In this document: positions 39,801-49,160 of the stretch, one piece after another | Layout: every line of letters begins with the position of its first letter | Position numbering within the stretch: the first letter of the stretch is position 1 | DNA from: Patescibacteria group bacterium | Lineage (GTDB): Bacteria > Patescibacteriota > Dojkabacteria > J137 | Length of the DNA: 64,000 nucleotides | Direction of reading: 5' to 3' | Assembly: GCA_016861265.1 (NCBI GenBank) | Contig: BOLA01000001.1 | Coordinates: 852,136 to 916,135, forward strand | Translations under genes and position numbers: made by a program | The notes under the pieces: generated by a model | Seen by the model: the letters and a program-made list of their open reading frames with translations, nothing else | Databases searched by the model: none | Told to the model about the DNA's origin: nothing

Positions 39801-42800
39801 CAAGGCAAGAATGCCGCAGCATTAAGAGTTAGGTGTGCAGGAGGATCATGTACAACAAAAATGGTGGGAACAATCGAGATCGAAGCACCAACAAAATTAT
39901 TCTCTACAAATACTCCAAATGGGACCATGAGATTAAGATACGTACCGGTTTCTCAAGTTGCAGCAAGTCAATCAAAAACTGATGGCTACGACGGACTAAA
40001 TATGTTTGCCGGAGAAATAAAAATTGGTTCCGACAGTTATCCTCTACCGGGTTTGGGTAGTGCAATTAATTCAGCTACAGAGATATTAGAGGAAACAATG
40101 ACGTCGGGTGATCCTAAGAGATTCTCCACTCCAAGCGGACAATCATTATTAAAATGGACAAGAAATAAACTTGAAATACAGAGTCAACAGGGAAAAACAA
40201 TCGGTGTTGTTGGCGAGAAGAATGTAGGAGGGTTCACCACGAATGCATTCTCTATACAGGAAAAAGAAGGAAATAGCCTAGAGTCTATAAATGAAAGAGC
40301 TGTTACTTACGATGGCTTAACATTTAATAACGATGCTGGTTTAGCTGATTGGAGGAAAAACTTAATGCCTTATGACCCTTCAATTGCATTCCCAACCTAT
40401 ATTGCACCTAAAGCTTGTCAGCAAAGTGAAATGAAATTTATTAATAATTTAGATAATTACGTTACTGGTCCTGAATTAGTGGTAGAGGAAGAAAAAACTG
40501 TTACTACAAATACAACTCAGCAAATCTGTTGGATGTATGCCGGAAGAAGTATTCCAGGAAGAACTCCATATATGTCTGGTGACGGTGTTAAGACTTGCGG
40601 TTATATTTTTGATACAAGAATATTCTCAGATGCAAATATAGATGCAATTTCACCAAGAAAGGGTAAGCCGTTACATAGAATCTACGAGACTGTATATAAC
40701 GAACTATTGGGTACTTATGTAACAACAAGTCGAATTGAAGAAGGCAATTGGACTTGTCAGGAATTATTTACCGGGCAGGCAAATGGTACAGACGGTGTGG
40801 ACGAAGATGCAGAATTCAAGAATGTTGAAGCACCTAAGGTATTACCAAATTGTGACTTCGACGATTATTATTTTGAATTATATAAAGGTAAACTATCAGA
40901 TGCACCAGGCAATCCTGCTAGAAGCGGTAGATGCGATATTCCTGCGGATCTAGTTTCCTGCTTAAGATACGATGCTCAGGATTCAGACGAGGTCTATATT
41001 CATACCGAAAAATACCCAATAGCAAGTAAAGTTAAAATTCCAAAAATCTACTCTGCTCTTTACGGCCTTTACGATAGATTACAAACAATGATGAGTAACC
41101 GAAACATGAAGATGGTATTCAGGGAAAATATTGGAATGAAATTCAAGGTAAACTCAAAAATTCGAGACGCAAACGAATCCATTAGTGCAGTTCAATATGA
41201 CTTCTCAACACAGTACGATAATTATTATCAACCTGAATTAATTGATAATACTTTACCTTTGGCATCAAACAATCCTACAAAGACTCAATTTCAATATTTT
41301 GATGATCTAGGTTACCTGGATATTTTGCAGGAATATACTGTAGCCTATGCTAATGAACAAGCAATAATAGGAGATCATGTAATGGATAATCCTTTTGTAG
41401 AAAAAGGAATCTTTAACCCACTACAGGATAGAACAAAAATTGTTGCAGGAGGAGAATCTAATTTAAGTCTAGCAAATCCAATACTAACCTGCGATCAAGT
41501 CGAGATCTGTAAAAACTATACGTATACTGAACTTGAAACAACTTTCGGACCAACAATGGCGCTTAGGCTTTGTCCATTAACCGAAAAACTACCGGTTGAT
41601 GCTAAGAAGAACTGTATAACAAATATTTCAGATGATAGATTTATTGATAGGTTGAATACAACGCTATGTGCTAGAGGTTTTAATGTAGACGAAAACTGTC
41701 ATTTTCAATGTTCAGTTTCAGGTCAAGGTGGTAATAACAGTGGTGGTAATGGTACAACACCCGTAATTATTAATGGTACATATTCAACGCTATTTCCTGT
41801 AAGTAAATCTAGACAAATTCCAAACTGTACTGAACCTGCAAGTGTTCAAGTTGTAAATACTGATAGACCTGTACAAAACGATGAAGGTATGACCAGCATT
41901 AGTCTAATACCTGTTGCCAAGCAGGCGCTAGAACAGATGATGGCCGCTATGAAACAAAACGATCCTTCTACCTACGCAAAATGCGGATTTGCATATGGCT
42001 ACAGAAGTGCCGAAATGCAGGGTACGTACACTTGTGGATCCGGTACGGCATGTAAGTGTCACAGTGAACATCAACTAGGTACTACTGTAGACTTTAGAAA
42101 TGCCGAAGATATGTCTGCCGCAAATAAGTTTAACGGTTCAGCATGTAGTAATTGGCTAAGGTCTAATGCTGCTAATTACGGATTTATTCAGTCTTATACT
42201 GGTGCAGATCCAGATTACGTTGCAGAATCGTGGCACTACAGATACATTGGAATAGAAGAAGCTCAGAAATTCAAGGCACAAAGTCAATATACATACTTAA
42301 GAGCCTATCTTGAAAGTATACAATCGGGAGGTAACTCTTCAGGGAATGGTAATACATCAAATATTCCAGGAGACTTTAAAGTAAGATATCCTACGGAGTT
42401 CGATACCTTAACCGGAAATTACGGAACTAAGGGAGGTTATGCAACCCATACTGGTGTAGATATAAGAGTTTCGGGGGTTGGAGGAACTATATTCGCTGCA
42501 GAATCCGGTACGGTTCTTTATGCTGGACCAGATAACGAAAATAATGCTAACTATACATGCGTAACCGATTCTAATAGCAATAAATATAGTCCATTATGTC
42601 AACAATTAGGTCTAAGTAATATTGGTGCATACGGATTCATGGTAAAAATACTACATCCAAATGGTAAGGTAACCCTATATGCCCATAATTCCGATTTAAA
42701 GGTAAAGACTGGAGATTGTGTTAATAAAGGGGATTTAATTGCACTAGCAGGCAGTGTTGGTAATTCTACTGGCCCACATAGTCACTTTGAAATTAGAAAG

Positions 42801-44306
42801 AACTCTTCATGTTCTTGGGACGGTAACAGTTTGGGAGTATGTACTGAACCACCAGAAGATTATCTTGTTCCAGGTGGCGGAAACACTTCGGTATTTACTA
42901 GCGATCAAATTAAAAGTGTATGTAATGGTGTGCTGCCACCTACAGATCCTGGAACGGGTGATGGGGATGAAATCGTATGTAGACCAACAGGTGAAGATGA
43001 AATTCCTACAGATGATAATCCAAAGCAGACACCTGGAGGTGCATTGTGCTTAATTAAGAAAGCAGCAGATTCACTAACTGCTAACGGTATACCTACAAAT
43101 CCATATATGATGTATGCAATATTACATCAAGAAACACAGTCACTATTAGATCCTTTAGCAGGTAAGAATGACTTTATTTGTCCTACAACCTGGGACGATT
43201 GGGCTCTAAATATTGGTAATTTGTCTTCCTTGCCAAAGTGTACAGGTGATCCAAATCAGAAAGCATTTGCGTCATTTAACAGATCGAATCCACCAAATAT
43301 TGATGTAAGAGGATTAACACAGTTCTACTCTGCTACGTTTAATGGGATTATTAATAATTACGATAGCGTAATGACAAATTGCATTAACGATTTAGGTGTA
43401 GATAACACAATTGCAAACAGTATTTGGTTAGATCCATTAAGTAGTCAGCCAGGTAAATTCAGTAGGCATAGAGTTGGAGATGCTATCTGTGCTCAAGCTG
43501 TTAAGTTAATGAACGATGCAAGAACTGCAAATGGAGGCACTTACCTTACAGTGGAAGAATGGTTGAGTAATCCGGAGATAATAAGGCAAACCGCATGTAC
43601 TTATTATGGTGCATGTCAGGACAATTACGAGGTCAATGTATTGAGATACTTTAATGAAGCAGTTCAAGCAAAGGTATTCGACAATTTAGATTGTAGCGGA
43701 AATTCAACCGGTCCAGATCCAAGCGGCGTACTAAGTTGTAATGTTAATACAAGTGCAGCATCTACCACACCCGACTTTAGTAAGAGTGCATTGTCCTGGG
43801 AAGCTTACATTAGAGCTTTAAATCTTGATAATAATTCAAGCTATGTATGGTTTGCAAACCCTAATGGCGAAAGTGACAACCTAAAGCAAAGGTTAATAAA
43901 TAAGCTAGGCAGTGAGTCTGCTTACCAACAGGACTATAATCAAAGATTACAGGTTACTAATGCGTTTATAGACAAGGCCAAGTCATTGGGAATAAATCCT
44001 CAGTTTGCATTAACACTGTGGTTTGAAGAAACTGAATTCTCTGCTGTGGGTAAGGCTGCATTAGGCTGTTTGTATTTTAGAAATGGTACACAAACAACAG
44101 ACATTCCTAGAGATGGTAATCCCGCAAGCCAAATAGCCCACTTAAATCAGCAATTAGAATGTTTAAACACCTATGTTGATGAATTCACGGAGTTTAGACA
44201 ATTTATGTGTACATATTCCGGAGAAGTTGGTAGGCCTAACTGTACGGAATTCAAGAACAATCCGAACTTCCCGAAAAATATTTGCAGATATTACGATTGG
44301 TTTTAA
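36885..44306 (+). CDS. giant (2473-aa) membrane-anchored multi-domain cell-wall hydrolase carrying SGNH/GDSL esterase, peptidase M15 (VanY-like D-Ala-D-Ala carboxypeptidase) and peptidase M23 domains
   Basis: N-terminal TM. GDSL block IIFLGDSLTNE plus DRHLTDEAYAEIA (SGNH block V). M15 motifs CHSEHQLGTTVDFRN and ESWHYRY. M23 motifs YATHTGVDI...HNSDLKVKTGDCVNKGDLIALAGSVGNSTGPHSHFEI. A PAPAPAPSPE linker. An uninterrupted 7.4-kb ORF. Confidence 0.7.
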   Translation: MGDKFLNLKNELKNKLIERLPIIFIVIISILFTYSFIKESITVNIQTGAAIPNSIVNSIVVALDSTVNPNGIIAAAVDISEKVQNGEGIIVKDVFDRCVIQSDNRVSDGFYQPFDTKAGVNNGDPIGDGNGGDEIRKYLRYDNRSSLDLEASQNVVILMKGTGPTVLASAIRNINEKGMIPIIRLGVIDMGDYPFQLTEDASEMVNYFTQVGDELMRENKGWKAVLSLGPNEPTTGGAGEGNIQVMGIPDYQTMVQRENQAADQLQKYRVVNGGPFWLAPAIFNGTASYQANGREYSQDVYRHLYIDGEDTSTEKDYWKRKSIDPDLFDVMLANIYMNVAKPAYNFYKEFGLKEYVDKRPGLVTIVTEFGIDPFSPSLVTADLKPDFKAFYEDPKVEGINWFRALKDKPAPAPAPSPEQSATLEDFIKFLEQSGKTAKKISLKNFSWVNCALGTTIERTSTSSSGSSSGTLNPTTKGGLNEGENAPGGGATMDTAKSYGLAGYSLAIINNPGDSAAAIQFISESISKGFTPIIRLCVNVSGSCGFNLSGGRADDLVSFYNAVSQGASGSFIGIVGPNEPSTEWGVFNASSMDEVKRAAVTAAKTINKNGKMLIGTPAFNLQTQDLTQFKSAFGEAKFDVLIGNAYNIGTAKADEIAGEAISTSKANGLKFILTETGAIKGAAEDFETTIGRLCSQVDGFMLFRSQESSPGGNYENVPQPFGPEKLKAIAAACNGSNPTSSNDSNSTDSRDDSSNSAIQCTSGVADDQIIFLGDSLTNELVAKQFPGSKNLGFPGASTEWLVPGSEPANDKSDQLNTTLNDPKYKAIVIEFGTNDCGGVDVGRFKQNLTTIINNIKNVNAEVDIILSTIPRAHKACSASTIDSFNAAINEVRSSTGVLGRELGGSLFDESDLRSGDDRHLTDEAYAEIAQITKEALGGVCVGSNTGTTTETTLGAGSLALSCGVEEDKPAEFYQGKNAAALRVRCAGGSCTTKMVGTIEIEAPTKLFSTNTPNGTMRLRYVPVSQVAASQSKTDGYDGLNMFAGEIKIGSDSYPLPGLGSAINSATEILEETMTSGDPKRFSTPSGQSLLKWTRNKLEIQSQQGKTIGVVGEKNVGGFTTNAFSIQEKEGNSLESINERAVTYDGLTFNNDAGLADWRKNLMPYDPSIAFPTYIAPKACQQSEMKFINNLDNYVTGPELVVEEEKTVTTNTTQQICWMYAGRSIPGRTPYMSGDGVKTCGYIFDTRIFSDANIDAISPRKGKPLHRIYETVYNELLGTYVTTSRIEEGNWTCQELFTGQANGTDGVDEDAEFKNVEAPKVLPNCDFDDYYFELYKGKLSDAPGNPARSGRCDIPADLVSCLRYDAQDSDEVYIHTEKYPIASKVKIPKIYSALYGLYDRLQTMMSNRNMKMVFRENIGMKFKVNSKIRDANESISAVQYDFSTQYDNYYQPELIDNTLPLASNNPTKTQFQYFDDLGYLDILQEYTVAYANEQAIIGDHVMDNPFVEKGIFNPLQDRTKIVAGGESNLSLANPILTCDQVEICKNYTYTELETTFGPTMALRLCPLTEKLPVDAKKNCITNISDDRFIDRLNTTLCARGFNVDENCHFQCSVSGQGGNNSGGNGTTPVIINGTYSTLFPVSKSRQIPNCTEPASVQVVNTDRPVQNDEGMTSISLIPVAKQALEQMMAAMKQNDPSTYAKCGFAYGYRSAEMQGTYTCGSGTACKCHSEHQLGTTVDFRNAEDMSAANKFNGSACSNWLRSNAANYGFIQSYTGADPDYVAESWHYRYIGIEEAQKFKAQSQYTYLRAYLESIQSGGNSSGNGNTSNIPGDFKVRYPTEFDTLTGNYGTKGGYATHTGVDIRVSGVGGTIFAAESGTVLYAGPDNENNANYTCVTDSNSNKYSPLCQQLGLSNIGAYGFMVKILHPNGKVTLYAHNSDLKVKTGDCVNKGDLIALAGSVGNSTGPHSHFEIRKNSSCSWDGNSLGVCTEPPEDYLVPGGGNTSVFTSDQIKSVCNGVLPPTDPGTGDGDEIVCRPTGEDEIPTDDNPKQTPGGALCLIKKAADSLTANGIPTNPYMMYAILHQETQSLLDPLAGKNDFICPTTWDDWALNIGNLSSLPKCTGDPNQKAFASFNRSNPPNIDVRGLTQFYSATFNGIINNYDSVMTNCINDLGVDNTIANSIWLDPLSSQPGKFSRHRVGDAICAQAVKLMNDARTANGGTYLTVEEWLSNPEIIRQTACTYYGACQDNYEVNVLRYFNEAVQAKVFDNLDCSGNSTGPDPSGVLSCNVNTSAASTTPDFSKSALSWEAYIRALNLDNNSSYVWFANPNGESDNLKQRLINKLGSESAYQQDYNQRLQVTNAFIDKAKSLGINPQFALTLWFEETEFSAVGKAALGCLYFRNGTQTTDIPRDGNPASQIAHLNQQLECLNTYVDEFTEFRQFMCTYSGEVGRPNCTEFKNNPNFPKNICRYYDWF

Positions 44307-44315
44307 AATATAATT

Positions 44316-44774
44316 ATGGAAGATAAACAACAGACAAAAAAGAAAAAACGATTTAATTTAGACTTCACGAATGCTTTTATTGCATTAATGGGTGTGGCAT
44401 TAGTTTCTGTTGTGATTTATGCAATAATCTTAAACATTACAGGGGTTAATAATACAGATACATCAACCAATCAGCTTAATGGCCAGATTCAAGAACCAAA
44501 GAAAGAAGTTACGATAGCTGGTGATGGCTATATTGTTTATAAAATAGGCTCACAATACTATTTAGAGGTTACGGATGGAAGAAAAGTTAAAGATGTAAAC
44601 GCACTTTTAAGAAGTCTTGAATTACCTACAGACACCGAAATTATTAATCCTGCAGCGGCGTACCCTAGACCTGTACCTACAGAAGAAATGCCTACGGATA
44701 CGGAACATGAAGATGATAATTTCGATCCAATAAATCCAAATCCGTCAACTCCTGAAAGTGACCCTAACGAATAG
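44316..44774 (+). CDS. small membrane-anchored protein with a Pro/Thr/Glu-rich C-terminus
   Basis: A 152-aa ORF with a TM (IALMGVALVSVVIYAIIL) and a C-terminal PTEEMPTDTEHEDD stretch. Confidence 0.4.
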   Translation: MEDKQQTKKKKRFNLDFTNAFIALMGVALVSVVIYAIILNITGVNNTDTSTNQLNGQIQEPKKEVTIAGDGYIVYKIGSQYYLEVTDGRKVKDVNALLRSLELPTDTEIINPAAAYPRPVPTEEMPTDTEHEDDNFDPINPNPSTPESDPNE

Positions 44775-44866
44775 GCTTATCACATAATGTTCATAGCCTG
44801 TGCAGTTGAATAAATTTGATTATTGAATTATACTTTTTCCTGTTACATTAAGCGTTTCCCAAAATT

Positions 44867-47800
44867 ATGGCAAATAAAATCTCATCAATATTTGACTTGA
44901 ACTCAAGACAAATTAAGTCTACCGACAAAGCATTCCAAAAGATAAGATCATTAAAAGATGACGTTGAAAAAATGTCTTATGAAGACATGCAGAAAAGAAT
45001 AAAGGAAATGAAGGCCGAGTTAACTAAAATGACGGATGAAATTCCTTTCGAAAAAAAATTATCCTTAAGAAAGATAGATAGAACAAAGCCTCTACCAAAG
45101 GAAGAAATCGCAATTCAGAATAAATTAAATGAATTTCTACCAGAAGTTTTCGCATTCATGGATGAGGTCTTTTTTAGAAAAGTCGGTTTTAGATATCATG
45201 ATGTTCAGTTAAGAGCAGGAATAATTTTGGCACAAGGTCAAAGACTAGTAGAACTCTATACTGGAGAAGGTAAAACAATGACCTTCCAATTACCTTTAGT
45301 GCTCTACTCTCTAGCTGGACGAGGAGCCCATTTGGTAACTGTGAATGACTATTTATCACGAAGAGATGGTGAGTATGCAGGTCATATTGCATCTGCCCTA
45401 GGCTTAACGGTAGGTATTGTAAGTTCAACTGCTTCTTATAAATTTGTTTTCGATGAACAGCTAAAATTTGTAAAAGGTGAAGGAGCGGCTGAATTAAGAG
45501 AAAAAATGCCAAAGATTCAGATTAGTGCAATGGATGGTATAAACTTAGTGGAATGTGTAAAACGGGAATCCTATAACTGTGATATTACATATGGAACAAA
45601 CAATGAATACGGCTTTGATTATCTAAGGGATAATATGTCTTGGGATTTAAATAATATTTCCCAACGAGAATTATACTTCTGTATTATTGACGAGGCTGAC
45701 TCAATCTTAATTGATGAAGCCAGAACTCCACTTATTATCTCCGGCATTCCTACTGATGCAAATGTAAGTAAATATAAATTATTTGCAGAGGCAGTAAATG
45801 ACTTGGTTGAAAATGAACACTACGAAGTAGATCATAAAACTAGAAGAGTAATGCTTACTGAAGAAGGTATTCAAATGGTAGAAAATAAACTTGGCGTTGA
45901 TAACCTATGGAAGGATTACTCAATGGCATACCATATTGAAAATGCACTGAAAGCACAGACAATGTTTAATCGGGATGAACATTACCTTGTTAAGGGAGGT
46001 GAAGTTTTAATAGTAGATGAATTCACCGGAAGAATTTTAAAAGGAAGACGATATTCAGAAGGTTTACATCAAGCCATTGAAGCAAAAGAAGGTGTAGAAG
46101 TAAGACAAGAAAGTAAGACTTATGCAACAATCACATTCCAAAACTTTTTCAGACTCTATAAAGTATTATGTGGTGGTTCCGGAACAGTTATGACAGAAGC
46201 AGAAGAATTCTACAAAATCTATGGTCTTGAGACTGTTCAAGTACCTACAAATAGACCCGTAGTTAGAGTTGATAGTCCTGACTTAATTTACAAGAACCAG
46301 AATGCGAAATATAAGGCAGTGGTTGCAGAAATAAAAGAAAGGCACTCTAAAGGCCAACCTGTATTAGTTGGTACTACATCTGTAGATAAATCAGAAATAA
46401 TTTCAAATTTACTAGACATAGAAAGAATTCCACACGAAGTCTTGAATGCTAAATACCACGAACAGGAAGCTAAGATTATTGAAAAGGCAGGTAGAAAAGG
46501 AGCTGTAACAGTTGCAACTAATATGGCAGGAAGAGGTGCTGACATTGTTATCGGAGGAGGATCAAGAGGCGATGAGGCCTATGAAGAGATTAAAGCATTA
46601 GGCGGTTTGCATGTAATCGGTACAGAAAGGCACGAATCTAGAAGAATTGATAATCAGCTAAGAGGTAGAACGGGACGACAGGGTGAGCCCGGTTCATCAA
46701 GATTTTACGTTGCCCTAGATGATCAATTAATGAGAATTCTTGGTGGAGACATGATGGGAAGTCTTATGGCAAGAGTCGGCATGGATGACGATACACCAAT
46801 TGAATTAAAGCTTATTTCAAAACAAATTGAATCCGCTCAAAAAAGAATTGAAGGAATGAATTTTGACTCAAGAAAACAAATTGTTGACTACGACGATGTT
46901 ATGAATCAACATAGAGAAATTTTCTATAGCAGGAGAAGAAACTTCCTACAGAGTGCTGAGGAAGCATCAGGGAAATTTATCGAACAGGGTAATCTAGTAG
47001 TAGTTAGTTCTTTAGATAAACAACACCAGGAGCAATACAACTCCAAAATAGAATCTGCACAAGAAAATTTAATAAAAATTATTAAAGCTTTAGTAGATTT
47101 AGAGGTTTCTAATTTTACTAAAACTCAATTATCCAATAACAAGAAATGGAATAAGGAAGTAGTTTCAAATATTGTAAAGAATTTTACTGAAATTATTCCT
47201 GTTTCGATATTGGCTAAAGTTCTAAATATTCAGACCAGCAAAGTAACGGAATTCTTGTCAGAAGAGTTATTAAAAGATAAATCTGATAAGTCCGAGAAAT
47301 ATCTTGTAGAACTAGCAGATAAGGTAATAGATGAAAAACAAAAAGAATTTGGAAAAGAATTCTATTATGTAGCTAAGGCAATCACACTACAGACAATGGA
47401 TAATATTTGGGTCGATCATCTTGAGTTGATGAAAGATATTAGAGATGGGATTGGATTACAAGCATACGCACAAAAGGATCCGTTGGTTGAATATAAAAAT
47501 GAGGCGTATATTGTATTTGAATCCTTCATTCAAAATATTAATAAAGATGTGGTAAAGCAGATACTATCAATTCAGAGACTAACACCTGAAATGGTAAATG
47601 CTCAACCTACGTTAGCAAATGCAGTAACCAATGAAGATCAAATTACAGATGTTCTAACCGAAGACAGAGAGTTTATTGCAGACCAAGGTAACGACAATAA
47701 GGTTCTGGCATCGTCATTAGTTGGAAGACTCGAAAGTGAAAGAAAGCAGAATGCTGTAAGTGGCGGATTAGGCCAGGAAAATAATACAAGAAAAATTAAC

Positions 47801-47935
47801 GCGAAGGCATTTAAACAATTTAATAGAAACGATAGAGTTACTGTTAGATATTCAGATGGTGAAGTTCAAAAGGATGTTAAGTTCAAGAAGGTTGAAAACG
47901 ATTTATTAACCGGTAAGGCAGTTATTGTAGATTAA
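44867..47935 (+). CDS. secA: preprotein translocase ATPase SecA
   Basis: It has the DEAD-like motor (ELYTGEGKTMTFQLP, IIDEADSILIDEARTPLIISG), the preprotein cross-linking and helical scaffold domains, and a long C-terminal tail; 1022 aa. Confidence 0.9.
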   Translation: MANKISSIFDLNSRQIKSTDKAFQKIRSLKDDVEKMSYEDMQKRIKEMKAELTKMTDEIPFEKKLSLRKIDRTKPLPKEEIAIQNKLNEFLPEVFAFMDEVFFRKVGFRYHDVQLRAGIILAQGQRLVELYTGEGKTMTFQLPLVLYSLAGRGAHLVTVNDYLSRRDGEYAGHIASALGLTVGIVSSTASYKFVFDEQLKFVKGEGAAELREKMPKIQISAMDGINLVECVKRESYNCDITYGTNNEYGFDYLRDNMSWDLNNISQRELYFCIIDEADSILIDEARTPLIISGIPTDANVSKYKLFAEAVNDLVENEHYEVDHKTRRVMLTEEGIQMVENKLGVDNLWKDYSMAYHIENALKAQTMFNRDEHYLVKGGEVLIVDEFTGRILKGRRYSEGLHQAIEAKEGVEVRQESKTYATITFQNFFRLYKVLCGGSGTVMTEAEEFYKIYGLETVQVPTNRPVVRVDSPDLIYKNQNAKYKAVVAEIKERHSKGQPVLVGTTSVDKSEIISNLLDIERIPHEVLNAKYHEQEAKIIEKAGRKGAVTVATNMAGRGADIVIGGGSRGDEAYEEIKALGGLHVIGTERHESRRIDNQLRGRTGRQGEPGSSRFYVALDDQLMRILGGDMMGSLMARVGMDDDTPIELKLISKQIESAQKRIEGMNFDSRKQIVDYDDVMNQHREIFYSRRRNFLQSAEEASGKFIEQGNLVVVSSLDKQHQEQYNSKIESAQENLIKIIKALVDLEVSNFTKTQLSNNKKWNKEVVSNIVKNFTEIIPVSILAKVLNIQTSKVTEFLSEELLKDKSDKSEKYLVELADKVIDEKQKEFGKEFYYVAKAITLQTMDNIWVDHLELMKDIRDGIGLQAYAQKDPLVEYKNEAYIVFESFIQNINKDVVKQILSIQRLTPEMVNAQPTLANAVTNEDQITDVLTEDREFIADQGNDNKVLASSLVGRLESERKQNAVSGGLGQENNTRKINAKAFKQFNRNDRVTVRYSDGEVQKDVKFKKVENDLLTGKAVIVD

Positions 47936-47946
47936 TATGTAGGTCG

Positions 47947-47967
47947 GCCTGAGCTTCGCTCAGGCCT
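47947..47967 (+). terminator. rho-independent terminator after secA
   Basis: GGCCTGAGC-ttcg-CTCAGGCC followed by ttttta. Confidence 0.6.
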
Positions 47968-47969
47968 TT

Positions 47970-49160
47970 TTATAGACTTAAACTTCCTTCGTCGCCCAAT
48001 CTCCAATAGGAAATTCCGTTTATTCCGTAATCTGCCGCTAACTTCTTTCTAACTTCAATAGAATCTTTATTAGAATATACTATCCATCTTTTTTGTCCAT
48101 TAAAATCATAAGACCCAAGCATTTCGCCCCAATTCTCAATAAATTTTTGATCTACAGAATAGTTAGAAAATAGTTTATCTACTCCATTATGATAATATGC
48201 AACAGCTGCCTCGGAACCAAAATCATTATCAGGAAGTCCTTCTGTAGTGTAATAAAGTAGATCATATTGAATTGGTCTATCAGACCAATCTTGTGCATAA
48301 GTATTAATTCCTAATACTATTTTCTCTCTTGGAACTCCCTCTTTTATTGCGTACCTAATAATATCTTCTAGCCAGTCTAAAGGCCCAATTGGACCAATAG
48401 TATTGCTATTAGTTGGAGTGTAGGAATATCCTTGTATTATAAATACATCAACTATCTCTCCTAGCTTTTTGTAATCTAGGGTTGCCCTAGTCTGAGCGTA
48501 CGATATATTATTGCCCCACTTAGCTAACGCACTAAAATATAGTTTTTTATTGATTGTATTAAGTCTCTCTTTTAGCTGGGCAAGCATATCAAGAAAGGGT
48601 TTTTGATCGTTTACATAAAAGCTTTCAAAGTCTAAATCAATTCCCTGATAATTATTTTGTTGAATATATTCAATTGTCTCGTTAATAAATCTGTTTACGT
48701 ATTCTTGGGAATTTAGTACCCGATTTAGTTTATCTCTTTCGAATGCTGTAATTGTGGGAACAAGATCAATATTATTATTTGAAGTATACTCTATAAATGT
48801 ACTCCAATTTGTATACCCGTTAGTAGCTAGGCTTCCATTATCATTTAAATCAAACCAAAAAGGGCTTACGCTGGTTATCAATGAGTTATTCTGTAGTGTT
48901 GTTAAACCATCCTGCATATCCCAATCAGGTATCCATCCGTAAAACTTTAGTTCGCCTATGTCTTTTTGTTGCTTTGGAATAGATTGTATAGCATCAATTT
49001 CAAGGTCGAAATCGGTCTTGTTAGATGTGTAAATCTTTATTTCATTTGTCTCTTCTATCGTTTTAATGTTTGGATTATTATATTTTTGATATGCAAAAAA
49101 GGAAGCAACTCCAATTACTAAAAATAATACAATTACAATTATTAATCGCATATTAATCAC
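47970..49160 (-). CDS. glycoside hydrolase family 18-like protein (chitinase / YaaH-type peptidoglycan hydrolase-like), membrane-anchored
   Basis: The GH18 catalytic motif variant QGIDLDFESF (DxxDxDxE) is present, with an N-terminal TM. Confidence 0.5.
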   Translation of the reverse strand: MINMRLIIVIVLFLVIGVASFFAYQKYNNPNIKTIEETNEIKIYTSNKTDFDLEIDAIQSIPKQQKDIGELKFYGWIPDWDMQDGLTTLQNNSLITSVSPFWFDLNDNGSLATNGYTNWSTFIEYTSNNNIDLVPTITAFERDKLNRVLNSQEYVNRFINETIEYIQQNNYQGIDLDFESFYVNDQKPFLDMLAQLKERLNTINKKLYFSALAKWGNNISYAQTRATLDYKKLGEIVDVFIIQGYSYTPTNSNTIGPIGPLDWLEDIIRYAIKEGVPREKIVLGINTYAQDWSDRPIQYDLLYYTTEGLPDNDFGSEAAVAYYHNGVDKLFSNYSVDQKFIENWGEMLGSYDFNGQKRWIVYSNKDSIEVRKKLAADYGINGISYWRLGDEGSLSL

